Of a stretch of DNA of 64,000 nucleotides, positions 49,169 through 62,859 are shown piece by piece. This DNA is from Oikopleura dioica (taxonomy: Eukaryota; Animalia; Chordata), in assembly GCA_907165135.1 (NCBI GenBank), contig OU015568.1, positions 2,604,001 to 2,668,000 on the forward strand, written 5' to 3'. The first letter of the stretch is position 1; the number at the start of each line of letters is the position of its first letter. The notes under the pieces were generated by a model. The model was not told where the DNA came from and did not search any database. It saw only the letters and a program-made list of their open reading frames with translations. Both the position numbers and the translations under genes were made by a program.

Positions 49169-52100
49169 CTTTTTATTTCCTTATTGAGATGTTTTTTTTA
49201 TCCGATTTGAAACAGAACAAGCGCTTTTTATACGGGTCAATTCCACTTAAGAGGCGGTCCTGAGAGGAGATCTAGCTTGCGCGATACAAAAATGATAGAA
49301 TTCGCTCTGTATAAGTTTTTTTCTCTATCAACCTCTCTTTTTCAATTTTCGCCCTTATTATTAAGAAAATAAGCCGTATTGTGTACCTCAAACGGAGCTC
49401 ACATGTTTTCTTTAATTAAACGCACTTCATTTCAATAATGAACGGACTTCCTTTTCCGGAAAAGGGTGTTTCTGCAATCAACATCAATTTCCTGCCAGAA
49501 AAGAGGGGCTTTATTCACCTATTTTCTGCAAAAAATGCTTATATCAAATTCAAACGCGTTTATCAACAATCAAACATATTGATTCATCTTTCATTTCTCT
49601 ACGCTCTAAGCAAGTGTATTCAAAACAACCCGCTTTTCGCCCATTCTCGTTAATTTTATTTGAAACATATACAGGAAAAGCGCATTTAATTCTACTTCTC
49701 CCGTTGTTTTCTATCTCCACTGACTTTCAATCATAAATATGGAATTGGTGAATAAAATTTCTTTTGTTTTTATTTTCCTGAATTTCTATCAAACAGTCTT
49801 ATCAGCGCCCTTATCAGCTTATCAAGTCTCCCCTAGCTGGCCGTCACCAATTTAAGGCTCATCCCTTCTCCCCCTCTGTAATTTTCATCTTTGACAAAAT
49901 ATCTTCTTCAAAAGGACGCCCTTCTAAAACTAGAGCGAATGAACATCTTGACTATCCGTTGTTGCAGCCAGTTTTGAACAGTAACTAAATGCTAAAAAAG
50001 GGCGCGCTTGTGAGCTAGCCACTTGAAATTTAAATTTTCAACCCTCGTGGAATGTTTTTTATTTGGGTTGCGTGACCGCGGACTTATTGGAAGAATTGAA
50101 CTTTTGGAATTTTTTTCTTTTTTTTATTCTAGCTTTTTCGTTGAAAGCAGAATGAAGGTAGAAACGTGGCAATATTGAACTTGAAATTAGATGATGAAAA
50201 TTATCACAAGAGATTTAACCGCTCTTGAACTACATTATCATTATTGAGAGAAGCTAACTCAATTATACTCTTTACATTGTTCGTTGAAGATTCTCAAGGA
50301 TGCTGAAGAGATCCTGAAATATGGCAAGGATGTTCAGATTCTGCTGACATCTAGCAATAGCAAAATGAAGATTTTTTGTTCAAATTGTAAAAAATATGAT
50401 ATAATTATATTTGTAATTGAAGTTGACGTTTCATAATGTTGTTTTCGTAATGAATGTGGCCTGATGATGGCGAAATGCCGAAAGCTTGCAAATAAATTAA
50501 ATAATTACGAAAACAACATTATAATTAATGTAAGGTATATGATATACCGTTTATCTAATTTATTAACTATTGAATGCGGAATAGGTAAAACAAATTATTT
50601 TGTATCATATTTTCTTAAAGATAAAATTGTATTCAGAAAGAGTAAAAGGCATATTTATGGTCCCTATTTATGTTTTTCTTATCAATTATTCTAGATAAAT
50701 TTTGATCATTTTCCAAAAGTAACCAAGGCCATAAAATAATCCCGCTACCCCTTTTTTGTTATTGTATTGTATATCTCGATATCGTTGCTCGCTTTGTTAT
50801 TACAAGAGTGGCGGCGGCAGGGTACGAGCGAGCGCTGTATACGGTGTCAGCTCGCGATCCCCCGCGGCGCCCATTCGCGTGCTTTTTTCTAGCGCAGATA
50901 CGGGTGCGAGGGCGCTCGCGAGCTCGGAGCCTGAGCAATCGCGAGCGAAGAACACCCGCTGGTACTACCAACCCCGTTTTGAGCATACGTCAACATCTTG
51001 TAGAAAGGGCCCCCTTTTTGTCAAATTTGAATAAAATCAAAAAAGTCGAGAGACATTTTTCTGAAAAACAAAAATTTAAATCTGTATATTTTTAAACAAT
51101 AGAAGTCGAGAAAAATAAAAGAAGGTTGAGAGAGAACCGGCAGAAGAAAATTGCGAGGAGAAGAAAAAATAAATTACCAGGAAAATGTTCATGAAAATTT
51201 TATTCTTGAAGGAATTTTACATTGGTGAAATCATGGAAGAATGCGTTTTTGAAGGCCCTGATGAATTTTCTGTCATTTTTTATGGAAAGCAGCTTATTTT
51301 GACCAACGGTTTGATAATACTGAAATCTGGTTTTGCTAAGATTTTTAACCAAAAATTTTTTTTCCAAACCATCATCTACTTTTTTTCAAAGATCATAGTT
51401 CTACTATTCCGCAGAAAAAATAAGGGTTTCAATTTATTTTCTCATTTATAAGAGGCAATGTTGTTTCTAAGTAAGGGCGTTGGTGCATCCTCTGAGCTGG
51501 TCTTGCAACGTTTTGACGCCCTTAATATGGTTTCAGAGCTCCCTTATTCTTTCTCAATCCTGTAGAGAAGCTTTTGTGAAAGTTTTCCTCCAATGAAAAA
51601 GAATCGTTAAAGTTGGTGAAATCGTTGGGAACCCCTTAACGCCTGCTCATCCTCGCAAAACAAAAACAATCAAGTTCCCCTGAACACTGTGGACCTTGAA
51701 AACGTAAAATTGTTTTCAACAAGCTAAAGCTTGTTATTTAACTGAAGTAAGCTTCAAAGGGTTAAGGAGGGTAAGAACACGTGAGAGTGACAGTTTGTAC
51801 TCGGCAAAGAGAGCGAAGGGCACGAAAACACGACGGTTGATCTTTTTTGACATTTTTATGAAATTTCGGTTTTTCATTAGCCGCAAAGACATGATCACAT
51901 GATGGAAGATAGTCTTAATCGTGTCATTTTGGCGAAGGATCATTTCGAGGAGGCAACAAGATCTTTCAAGAAAGCAGATTATAAGGACTAAAGTTGTTTA
52001 ATTTTGAGTTCATCAAGGTAGCTCTTAATAATTATTTTGTGGTTCCTCTAAATAAGAGCAATTACTTTATTTGTTAAATCAATTATTTCTGAAAAGCAAT

Positions 52101-52202
52101 TTCAGAAACAGTGAAAAGCCGGCAATTATGATAAGCTGGTGGAACAAATTGACACTCATTGACAATTAAAGATTTTGATAAGAGTTTATTACCAGAAGCT
52201 AA

Positions 52203-52365
52203 GCTCGGCAACCTGTGTACAAAACCTGAGTCAGGCTTTGAAAAGGCTAAAATGAAAAGCCGTGGAGGAATTTTTAAAGCCTCTAAACGGCTTTTTTCCT
52301 ATTCGCGGCTTTACATTTACGTTTGTTGAGAAGCTGACTCAGGTTTCGCAGACAGGATGCCGAGC
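52203..52365. mobile_element. MITE of the CCTGAGTCAGG/AAGCCGC family
   Basis: Ends gctcggcaacctgtgtacaaaacctgagtcag ... ctgactcaggtttcgcagacaggatgccgagc match the TIR of the 61392 element. Confidence 0.7.
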
Positions 52366-52983
52366 AAAGACTAGAGAATCTTCTTTTGTGAGAGCTTTAT
52401 CATTTCATTTTTCTGATATCATTTTTTCAATTTTTGAGCGTTATTTTTTATCGCTGAAACGGGTCTTAAATTCTATTTACCTCCACTTAGCATTGTTTCT
52501 TGAGTATTCGAACTGTCGAAAACGCTCAAAAAGTGCCGCTCCCCGCGAAGTTGATAAGATTAAGCGGCCCAAGTTATTAAGAAACGCAAATGCTCACAAC
52601 AAAGAACGTGCATTCTTCTTTTTTACCGTATTTAAATTCTGTGCTTCTGAAAAACTCTTCTATTTCGAGAAAGGGAATCTTATCTTGTACGTCATGGAGG
52701 AAGGCACAAATTTTTTAATCGCCTTTTCCTGAGCTCGAGTTTCGGCGCAAGATCAAACTCATTTGAACGTGATCGAAAATACAAGGAACTCATTGTTTTG
52801 AGGCCAAATTCTAAAACATGGAAAAACGGCTTGATAACAAGCTGACAGTTATCTGCTGAAAACAGTCGTTCAAATATCTCTCAATGGGGGTCAAGCATAA
52901 CTTTATCGCAATTTCCTTTGTTCTACCAAAAATATTGATAGAATTGTAAAAGAAAAATTGTAAAAATTAATTAATTTAATTAA

Positions 52984-53123
52984 GGGTATCACTATTTTAT
53001 TCAAAAATATTCCTGTATTTCAAAGAAAATGAGACTTCTATCGTAAATTTATATTTTAAAAATGATAAAGAAACTGATTTTCAGGTAATTAATCAAAAAA
53101 GATCGATTTTGATAGTGATACCC
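52984..53123. mobile_element. TTAA-flanked MITE (Kolobok-like)
   Basis: Perfect 12-bp TIR gggtatcactat; TTAA at 52980-52983 and 53124-53127. Confidence 0.8.
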
Positions 53124-53572
53124 TTAATTTGCTTTATCAAAATTATATCTCGGCTGTCAACATGATAACACTATAAGCAGAGATGCAATGATTTGAATTT
53201 GAATTGAAGCTAAGTAGCAATTAAAATTTTTCGCTCTTCTATGTCTCCTCGAATCCTTATCTTCCCCCCTCGACCCAAGAGTTCATCCGCTTGAACTTAT
53301 CGCCTTCTAAAATCTCCAGCCTGTTTACATGACCTCTGTTCACGGTCGCCAGGCTGGCGCGGCTTGGCGGGGTCATCGTTAGCCCCCTTTTTTTTCGCGC
53401 TGCGCGTAAGGTCCCTTTACCCGCGGGGAGAACTACAACCTGAACCGGAGAACCCGGGCAGAGATCATGGGACTAAACCTTCAACACAAAAAGTGCTCTA
53501 AAATAAAAGTTTTTAATCGCGGATTCTATATTTTTTTTATTTATTTTTTGGTGACTAAAAAATTATAATTAA

Positions 53573-53837
53573 GGACCCCCCCCGTCAGGTTTTTTCGAAA
53601 AATCGATTTTCGGAATCTCAAAATTTTGACCCCGGAAATGGATTCTACGTGTCAAAAAACGATTTTGAGGCTTCATTTTTTTGGGGTCTATCTCGACTCT
53701 AACACCCTCAAAATCGCGTTTTCTTAGTCAAAACTTGCTTATGTCAAGATTTTATACTTAATCAAACTTCCAGAACAAAAAATATGGCATTTTTAAAAAT
53801 TATCATTTTTTGAAGAAAAAAAGCTGACGGAGGGTCC
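53573..53837. mobile_element. TTAA-flanked MITE (Kolobok-like), second family
   Basis: ttaa|ggacccccccgtcag ... ctgacggagggtcc|ttaa. Confidence 0.75.
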
Positions 53838-55265
53838 TTAATTATAATAGTTGAACTTTCGAAAACATAGTTTTAACAAGAGCTCGACTATAAACAATCA
53901 ATTTCATTCGAATAAATGGTTTTCGAACAAAAATGTTTATATAGTATCAAAATACTGATTAATACCCAAATGAATAAATACGCCGTAATTAACAGCTTTG
54001 TTTCAGCAGTATTCTCAAGCTGCCATTTTAAACACAAATAATTAGTATAATTTATCCATATCAAGAAGTAGAAATCTGATCAAAATAGAAAATGGGGAAG
54101 CGCTCCTTTGTCAAGTCGACAAAAGATTAAGGGTGTCACGCTTTAAATTCGCGCAGCTCAGAAAAACGTGCGATAAAAACGACGGTTTTTGAGATCCCCG
54201 GTTGATTGGATTTTGGGCACTTTTCCTGTCGCTCCGCGGTTTCGCGAAAAAAGTTTAAAAAAGCGAAAAACCGCGGGGACAGCTTGAAGCTCCAACTCGC
54301 TTCTTTTTTGTTCTCAATATTCTAGCAGCAAGCGTACGTGCACCCGGTCGGGGTGGCGTAAACAAACACGTGTTTTGGTCGTTTTAAAAATTTCAAACTT
54401 CAATAATCAAAAGATTATCTGATGAAAGACAGCTTGTGTTCAAAGAACTCACAGTTCAAGAATCTTCAAAAATATTTTGATTTCGAAAGGTGGCAGAGCA
54501 ATTTTCAGGATTATTTATTTGTTGGTATAACGTGGGGTCACGTTATTTTCTGATACTTGTACTTTGTTGGAGGAGAAGAAACTAAGGGTCTGAACTTCGC
54601 TGGAATTGTACATCTAAAAATAAGCTAATCGAATCAAATCCGTCTTGAAAATAATCATCGAAAAAAATCAAAAAAAAATATTAAGAACAAAGAAATGAAT
54701 AATAATTATTAAGATTATAATTAAAAAATAAGATAAAAATTCATTTTTTAGACCTTTGCCAAAATTCTAGAGATTTTCAATGGTTTGAATCTCTGCCCGG
54801 TTTGTTCTATCAATGATAGACTATCATAGATCCTCTATGTTTCAAAAATTGAAAATTTTGACTTGAAGCTGAATTTATTCAATTCGAAATCATAACCCTT
54901 GTACATGATTCCAGCTGAACGTGATTTTGGACTACTCCCACTTTCGCGAACACGATGTCAAGCAGATATTACCGTATAATTCGATTTCTCACGATCCTTG
55001 CAAAATTTTTTTTTTTTACAAAACCTTCAATCATTATTTGACCCACAAATTTAGCACAAATTAAACTGGTTTTTCGGAAATGTTTTTCTTTGTCAAAAAT
55101 CTCTTTTCCCTTCCGCTCCTTTTTTTCTTATAGCAAAAGACGCTTCCTTCTATTCACCGCCGCGTAACATTTCTGTTTTGACCAAAAACAGCAGCGATTT
55201 TTCAACTTTTTAGAACTTTTAATGAACAGAAAAAAGCCAAGAAGAACAACTGCTATGAGTCCAAC

Positions 55266-58200
55266 ATGAAGAGGGGCATTTCAAAGTATCGAATAGCGCT
55301 AATCTTATTTGCGAATGTCGCGCATGCGGCTACTCTCAACGACAATGATTGGAACGGTTCAAAAAAAAGAAAAAAAAACAAAAAATACATAAATCAATTT
55401 ACGACGAGGGTAAATTTTTGGAATTTTTGCTTTGCGAAGCATAATTATACCACACGCGTCCCGACGGAAATTCTTCCATAATCGCGTTTCCGAGGTCATT
55501 TCTGATGACTTGAACCTTCAGGCCTCTGCGCTTTGTTCTTATCGGAATTCCGAGGCGACGAAGATGTCAGTTCTCGGGAATTTCTAAAGAGAAATTTCGA
55601 CGATAAAATTTCTAAGATAAAATTGTAAATTTTTGTCTTAAAAAATCGAAGATGTGAAAAAAATCGAGAAGCCGCTTGCGGCTTCGAGATCAATGTAAAA
55701 AAGCCGCAAGGAGCGCGGCTCAATACCTGTTGACTCGAAGCCGCAAGCGGCTTCTCGAATTTTCAAGAAAACAGTTAAAAAATTCGAATTTTTAAACCTT
55801 TTTTTATTGAACCGCGAAAAGGGATCGTCCATTGTTGAAGCCAAAAGACTCCGGAGCCGCCAAAACTGACGACCTCCCAAACTACGATGACTTCCGCGAG
55901 TCGGAGTTCTCGGTAGAGTCGCAGTACTTCGACTCGCCGGCGATGCACTCTGATGTGCGTGTTGGGATGCGGCCCTCGCGCGATCATACGCTCTGCGATC
56001 TTCCTTGGAAATGTGAACGACCTTGTCCTGTCGGTTATTTTAGGTAAGAAGCAGCGCGACGAAGAAATTGAGTCATTCAAAAATACAGAAGGCGGTTGAT
56101 AAATCGCGCCGCTCCTTGAATTACGTAACGTTATTCTATCTTGTTTCTTTCTTGTAACTTTGATAACCTCATCCTTCCTTTCTGTGTTCTGGTTACAGTC
56201 ATAGAACGTTTATGAAGACAGCTAAGCTCATTTGCATAACTCAATTAGTTCCGAAATTCGCTAACTACATACAAACATAAACGCAAACGCTTCGAACAAA
56301 ATCCCTTTTCGCAACCGCAAACCGTATTTTTAACGCTCTTTTTGGTAAGAAAAATATTGTTAAAAGGTCGAAGGGATGAAATTTTTCATGACTGCGTAAA
56401 AATACACGGAAAAATAAAGAAAAACGGGGCGAAAATGGGATGAAAAAGGTGACGCAATAGAAATAGCCTTCCTTAAATTTCGTCTCTAGAACCTGTGTAG
56501 AAGTCTGAGTCAGGGTTCTGGAAATGTTTTAATGAAAAGCCGCGTAGCGGCTTTTTGAAAATAAAGCCGCGAAGCGGCTTCACCAGAGTACCATTTCAAA
56601 TTGAAATTTTGTTCAATTTACAATTAGTAATATATTATATTAATTATTAATCAATAAATAAAATTATTAAAAAAAAACAAAAGTTATTTATCTGTAAAAT
56701 TTTTGGCGAAGCCGCTTCGCGGCTTAATTTTTAAAAAGCCGCTATGCGGCTTCTCATTGAAGATATTCAAAAATTACCGTATTTAGTCAGGTTCTTTTCA
56801 CAGAGTTAAAGAAAAAGACTCCTTTTTTGAAGGCCTCTTTGAAATATATTGCTTCTCCGTGGTATTTCGGAAGTGAGCTCGTGAATAGTATCAAACTGTT
56901 ATCACGTTGCAGGGCGCTTGGCCAAAATATTTTTCAGGTTATCCGGAATGGGCGAGTGCAGGAAGTGGCTAACTTGTGATGATTGGGCTGACCTGGACAA
57001 GAACCGGACCTACCTCACTCAGGGATCCATGAAGCGCGTCTTCAAAACAAACTGGAACGGAACTCCACTTATCCTCGCTAGGGTCAAAAGGACCGGTTAG
57101 CTCATTTTCAAAGAGACACACTTGAAATATACATTTTCAAGATTGGAATTATTGATCCATACAAATTAAGAAATTGATAAGAGGAACAACTTTCTTGTTC
57201 GCCGGAAAGTCGAAGTATTTTACGCAAAAATAGAAAAACAAAGCATCTTGCGCAGAATAATCCTATAGAATTCAAAACGGCCTAGTTTTGATATTAAATC
57301 TACTAAACCAAATCCGTTAAAATGCTGGCGTTTCAGAGAAATAAAGACCAATTTAAAAGGAATCTCAAAAAGAAAAACTCATTTAAAATCATCATTTAAA
57401 ATCTCAAATCTCTTGAAAAATTCTTTAATTCAAGTATCATTTTTTTTTGATATTTTAACAAAGAGGGAGCATTGAAATTCCGCAAAACTGACCAAAATTG
57501 AACCCCAAAACTAGTCGTTAAAGTTTCTCAACGCTTAACGCTTCTCAATTATTAGTTTCGACTAAAATTTCCAAAAAGTCCCTGCAGTGTATAAGAACAA
57601 ATAACAAGACGCTAAGTTATTTGTCTGAGAAGAGAGCTGAACCGTCTGAAAAGGTTCAAGTACACTTCGTTTATCGCAAACCTCAAGTCTCTCCAACCCT
57701 CAATTTTCGTCACTCAACTTGTTGGCTCCTGCGAAGATCCTGCTTGGCCAGAAGGAAAATGGTTGAACATTTTTTCCGCTGAAAAAATTTTCTACTGGGC
57801 TTTATTTTCAAAATTTTTCAGAGAAAAAATTGAAACGACAAAGAAGGATAAGGGAAAATCATTTTGTGCTCTTTTATCTTTTTAAAATATCCTATCCAGA
57901 GTTTCCGAAGTTTCATCTTACGACAACAAGCCTATCGTTAACTCATTCGTTCAAACTCTGGCCCTGTTGATCCTTCGAGAGATTGTCGAAAAAATCCTTG
58001 ATTATTTCGTCGATCTCATCAAATCGAGCCTTCTGCTCGGCATCGAGGGAGTCGTAGAAGTCGGTTTTATCCTTGACGGCCTCGAGGTCGAATAATTGTC
58101 GTAATCCTTTGTAATTTCCAACGTTGCCCATCTTAAAAATCAATCAACTTTTTCTCGTTGTATCTTGAAATACTATCTTTGGCGGTCGCTTATATTCAGT

Positions 58201-60530
58201 AATTTGCTTCCGGTTAATGGGATTTGGACTCGTATTTCCTGTCTATTTTTAAAGATGATGGACTCAATAACGTTTTTGGTACTTTTCCATCGTTCCAAAT
58301 TGTTTGATCGAGTCCTACATAGATTTTCAGCTCTTTCTTTTCAAATTAAAGTGCGCTGATAACAGTGTCAGGAAATGTGGAAAAACAGTTTGAAATTCAA
58401 ACAACTGATGTCACTGTTATGATATGAAAACAATCAATGAGAGTCCACTTTTTCTTGCTCCCCTGAGTTTCCAGTGATGATTCGTGTTCAGTCAAAATAT
58501 TCGAATTCAAGAAAATTAATTTGTTTCATGACCTTTTGACTCAAAACTTTCGCCTTTTTTCTTCAACCTTTTTGCAAGTCCTGTTGGAGTATCACCCGCA
58601 CGGGCGGCTAGGAAACCTGCCAGATGTTTTGGAAATGTCACCTCAGCTGGCTCAACCGCATTTGCTCATGGTAAAATTTGAAAGTGCAAACTTGAATATT
58701 CAAACTCTAAATTCTAGCGTCTCCTGCTTGACTATGCTTCTATCCTCTCTGTCCTCCATCACATGGAACCTGAGGGTAAGTTTTGTTTTTGAAAACGATA
58801 AAAAACGATAGTTGGCCAGTTCTTGGGCTGAAAAGGTCACATTCTTAGGAAAACCGAAATTATTTTGGCCGAATTTTCAGGTGCGTTTTCGTGCGTTGTC
58901 TCAGTTATTTTTGCGCTCACATGGCTCGAGAACTTTCGGGAAATAAGATTCACGAACCATAAGTATCAAAAATGATTTTAGTTTATGATTTTTTCAAATT
59001 AGGAAACGTAGAATCAAGAATTTTATTTTCCATCTAATTCCGACGTAATTGATCTACGCAGGTTGCTGACTCCAGCCTAAAAGTGTTTCATCTTATCCTC
59101 TTTTGGACATTTTTAATGAATGACGATGTGGAAATGTTTATCAAAGATGAAAGCTGAAATATTGTTGTAAAAATGTCGCAATTTCTCGAAAACACGACGC
59201 ATCGAGTACGCGCTCCTGAATTTTTTCAATTTCTTTATTTTTGGAAAAAATATAAAGACTCGACCCGGTGCTTAGGAGCACAGGTGCACGGGGACAACTC
59301 CTTTTTTCTTAAAAAATGCGCTTTTCTTTTGCTTACAATTTTTTTTTCAGGGGCGCGAGTGTTGTGCGATACCTGGAGTTTGCAAAAGATCACTCATCAA
59401 TTTCTATTGACGAAGGATTTCCGGCTTCTTTTGAACGATGTGGATGATCTGAGCCTTGTTCTTCCTAGTCAAAATCGATTGGCGAAATGCTCGGCTGGTT
59501 TTTACCAAAACGTCGAACTTCTGGATTCCGAATTTCTAGCGCCGGAGGAGTTTAGCCAGGGCTTCTTTGATCAGAGCGTCGATATTTACAAAGGTAAGCA
59601 AAAAAAAAATAAAAATATTAAATTAGTAAAATTTAATTATTTCTGATATTATTAAACAATTAAAATCGACAGATGAAATTAAAAAAAAAATAAAATTTTG
59701 AATAATTTTAAATAATAATTAAATTTTAATAATTATTTTCAATTAAAAATAATTGAAAAGAAAATCGACCTCAATATTGAAAAAAATTAGGTCATTTATC
59801 AAAAAATCTACAATTCGCGCCGCAAAATTTTCTGAAATTTAACCCGATCTCGCAAGGTGCGGATTTTGATGGATGAAGCTTTCAAACGTGATCTTTTTTA
59901 ATACGAGTACTTTTGAAAAGAAAGCGCGTCTTCAACCTCTAATCGCCTCATCAAGCGAATTTCGCGCTCAAAAGGGATGAGTCGCTTGGTTTTATTTTTG
60001 ACATAATATTTTGCGATAATTTAAGGTTTTATGATTGCGTCTTCAAAACATCGTTACGAAAAAATTGATAAGATAAAATTAAAAAAAATATTGTTTTGGA
60101 AGTTTTTATCTTTACAAAACGACCATGATGGTCGGACCATCCTTCAATTGTAAGATAGCTCTAGAAAATCCTAAACTTAACCAAGATCTAATTAACCCGC
60201 GAACGCGTATGCGCAAAAAAGAGCCCAAAATCACCCCCGCTCGATCCAACGATTTGAGTCAAATGTCAACCATCCCAAATCCCTTCCGCTCCCTCATTCA
60301 ATCATTTTCTAGTGCCGTCCCTCGCTCAATGGATTCTCGAATGGGCTGGCGAAGACGGTCGGGAGCTCCTACTCCTCCTCGACCCGCTGCACAAGCGATG
60401 CAAAGCCGCGATCCCAGCTGATCGACCAAGCGCTCTAGAAATTCTCGCCGAGTACCGTCAAGTCTACGATTTAGCTCTTGCCCGCGATCAAGAAGACGGC
60501 TTTTCAGCGATTTCTTCCAACGATCTCTAA
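55266..60530 (+). CDS. POMK: Protein O-mannose kinase (POMK/SGK196)
   Basis: CPVGYFRLSGMGECRKWLTC, QGSMKRVF, LVGSCED, LLEYHPHGRLGNL, RVLCD, QFLLTKDFRLLLNDVDDL, FLAPE, DIYKIP, HKRCK...DRPSA parallel the known POMK motifs. The first exon is tentative. Confidence 0.85.
55664..55758. repeat. Perfect 25-bp inverted repeat built from AAGCCGC-GCGGCTT palindromes
   Basis: tcgagaagccgcttgcggcttcgag at 55664-55688 and its reverse complement at 55734-55758. Confidence 0.85.
56490..56807. mobile_element. MITE of the CCTGAGTCAGG/AAGCCGC family in a POMK intron
   Basis: Arms of about 55 bp (aatgaaaagccgcgtagcggc...aagccgcgaagcggcttcacca and reverse complement) around an AT-rich core; degenerate outer ends. 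Confidence 0.7.
57943..58131 (-). CDS. Short acidic helical ORF nested antisense in POMK intron 57755-58578
   Basis: MGNVGNYKGLRQLFDLEAVKDKTDFYDSLDAEQKARFDEIDEIIKDFFDNL...; ATG directly after ttttaag. Confidence 0.45.
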   Translation of the reverse strand: MGNVGNYKGLRQLFDLEAVKDKTDFYDSLDAEQKARFDEIDEIIKDFFDNLSKDQQGQSLNE

Positions 60531-61391
60531 ATTTAAAAGCCCCTTTATTATCTCTTCTCGAAAGGCCCTATCAGAACCCCCCTAAAAGTGTGAAAAATCA
60601 CGGTGACCCTTACAAATTTAATAATTTCATTTTTTTTTAATCAAATTTTTTTCTTTTCGCTCAGAAAAGAAAAATAACCTCCCTTTCTTTCACCTCAGAA
60701 AAAGAACAACAAAATCACAAAGTAACTTGTACAAAGAAAGTTTATTAGAAACTGGTTTTACGAATTGATAAAAATGCGGAAGAAAAAAACTTTCTTGCTG
60801 TCAACTTATGTCCTGTCATTCTGTACATTTTCCACTGGACTTGGTTTTCCTTATTTTTTTTATTAATAAAACATCATCAAAAAAATCCTTCATTTGATTT
60901 TATGCAAAACGGCGCTCTAAGTAGCCTCCGTCGAACGATATTCATATCAAATAGAAACTGTGTTAATTGATTTTCTAAAGTTTGAATACAAAGTATTTTC
61001 CAGTGTTGAACAAATGAGAAAAACAAAGACTCACGTGAAATTGCTTTTTCTGTTTCATGAGAATCCTTGGTCAAGATCAAAAATGGGCATTTTAGAAAAA
61101 GCGGATATCATAATTAACTGGCAATCATTATCAAAATTATCGGCTGGCGAATGTCAAATAAAAATGAAAATTTCGGCCGATTTGAATATTCAGCGGCCGA
61201 GCTTGGTCACGTTTGTGGCGACGGGGCGGCCGCATTCCACAGAATTCCAGAAATTTCAATCCAGCCCAGGATTACGCCTCTTTCCGCTTTTCAATTTTTG
61301 GTAGCGAAAAGCTCAGGTCACCACGTGGCAAAACTGATATTTTACATTAAAATTTCAATAAGATACCCTTATTTTTCTGAAAGGTCCTGAG

Positions 61392-62426
61392 CTGGGCTCG
61401 GCAACCTGAGTAGAAAACCTGAGTCAGGGTCTGAAAGAGCAAAAATGAAAAGCCGCGTAGCGGCTTTTTTAGAAACGAAGCCGCGAAGCGGCTTCGCAAG
61501 ATTATTATTCCATCTTATATTTAGGCATAACGCACAAAAAATCGACTTTTTGTCTGAAAGTCGTAGGAAGCTAATTTTCACCTATCATATAGATTTTTGT
61601 GCTCCGACAACATTTCAACAAAAAAAATTTCAAAAATTTAAAATTTAGTACTTTTTTAGTACCCCAAAGTTGTCAAAAAATTGATTTTTCGTGCCATCCA
61701 AGCTACGGGGTTGTAAGTATGCTCATTCGAAAGAGCACAAAAAACTGAGTCAGATACATCGAAAAAAAGGGGTTCCTAGGGGGGTTCCCCAGATTTTAGG
61801 GGTTGAAAATCACAAAAATGATGAGTCATCACTCAAAAATGACCCGATTTGACCCCGAAAATGAACTTTTTATGAACTTTTGACTTCAGATTCGAACTCT
61901 GGGGTACTAATTTACTGTATTCCCATTGTTTTAGCAAGAAATAGAAAAGTTGTTTTTTGACCGGAAATGACGTCATCACACGATAAGTCGAATGAAACCC
62001 CAAATTTGGCTAATTTTAAGGGGTTTTTCATCCCTAGAATCCAGGGAACCCCACCAGGAACCCCTTTTTATTGTTAATTCTGACTCAGTTTTTTCCGCTC
62101 TTTCGAATGAGCATACTTAGACTACCGTAGCTTGGATTGCTCGAAAAGTAGTCAGAAAAGGGGTGAAAAAAAGTACTAAACTGTAACAAAAAATTTTTTC
62201 CAAAAAATTTTGAAAAGTCATTTTTGGTGTTTTAGTTGCTCCCAAAGTTTCAAATTTGTATCTATTACAGGGAAAAAGTTGATTTTTTTGTGCGTTATGC
62301 CTACTTATATTTAAATTCTGGAGAAGCCGCTTTGCGGCTTCGTTTCTAAAAAAGCCGCTACGCGGCTTTTCATCTTTGCTCTTTCAGACACTGACTCAGG
62401 TTTTCTACTCAGGTTGCCGAGCCCAG
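61392..62426. mobile_element. 1035-bp foldback non-autonomous DNA transposon, 8-bp TSD (hAT-like)
   Basis: TIR of about 103 bp with 3 mismatches, further internal inverted blocks, and gtcctgag at 61384-61391 and 62427-62434. No transposase ORF. Confidence 0.9.
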
Positions 62427-62859
62427 GTCCTGAGTCAGGGTCTCAGCTAAATGGAGAGAGGCCGCGTTTGTCTTATTACTTGCTCATTTATACTAATTGT
62501 ATTCGGGACATTAATGAAATCGCTTTATATTGATCAATGATACCCGTTAATAAAAAATACAAGTTGTTAATATCGAGAGAGCAGTTATGATTCCCGCTCC
62601 AGGAACATGATTTGAACACAAAAGCTGGATATTTACAATTTTTACACCGGGTTTTGTCGTACCAAATAAGCAAGCTCGGCGGAACTTGAAAGTAACTAAT
62701 CCAATCAATTTAACCCGAAACGTCTTATTTTCGCTTCAACACTTTCAAAAACGTCATATTCGAATAAGCATCATAAATCTAATAAGTCAGCTTGTTTTCA
62801 TCGTATCGGCAAGTTTATTTTGTTTTTATTATTTGGTTGTCAATCTTAAGAAAATGGAC

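Noticed and set aside
51185-52732. ORFs 51185-51451, 51734-51943 and 52262-52732
   Set aside because: Phe/Lys/Ile-biased AT-rich translations, one overlapping a MITE; no motif or coherent exon chain.
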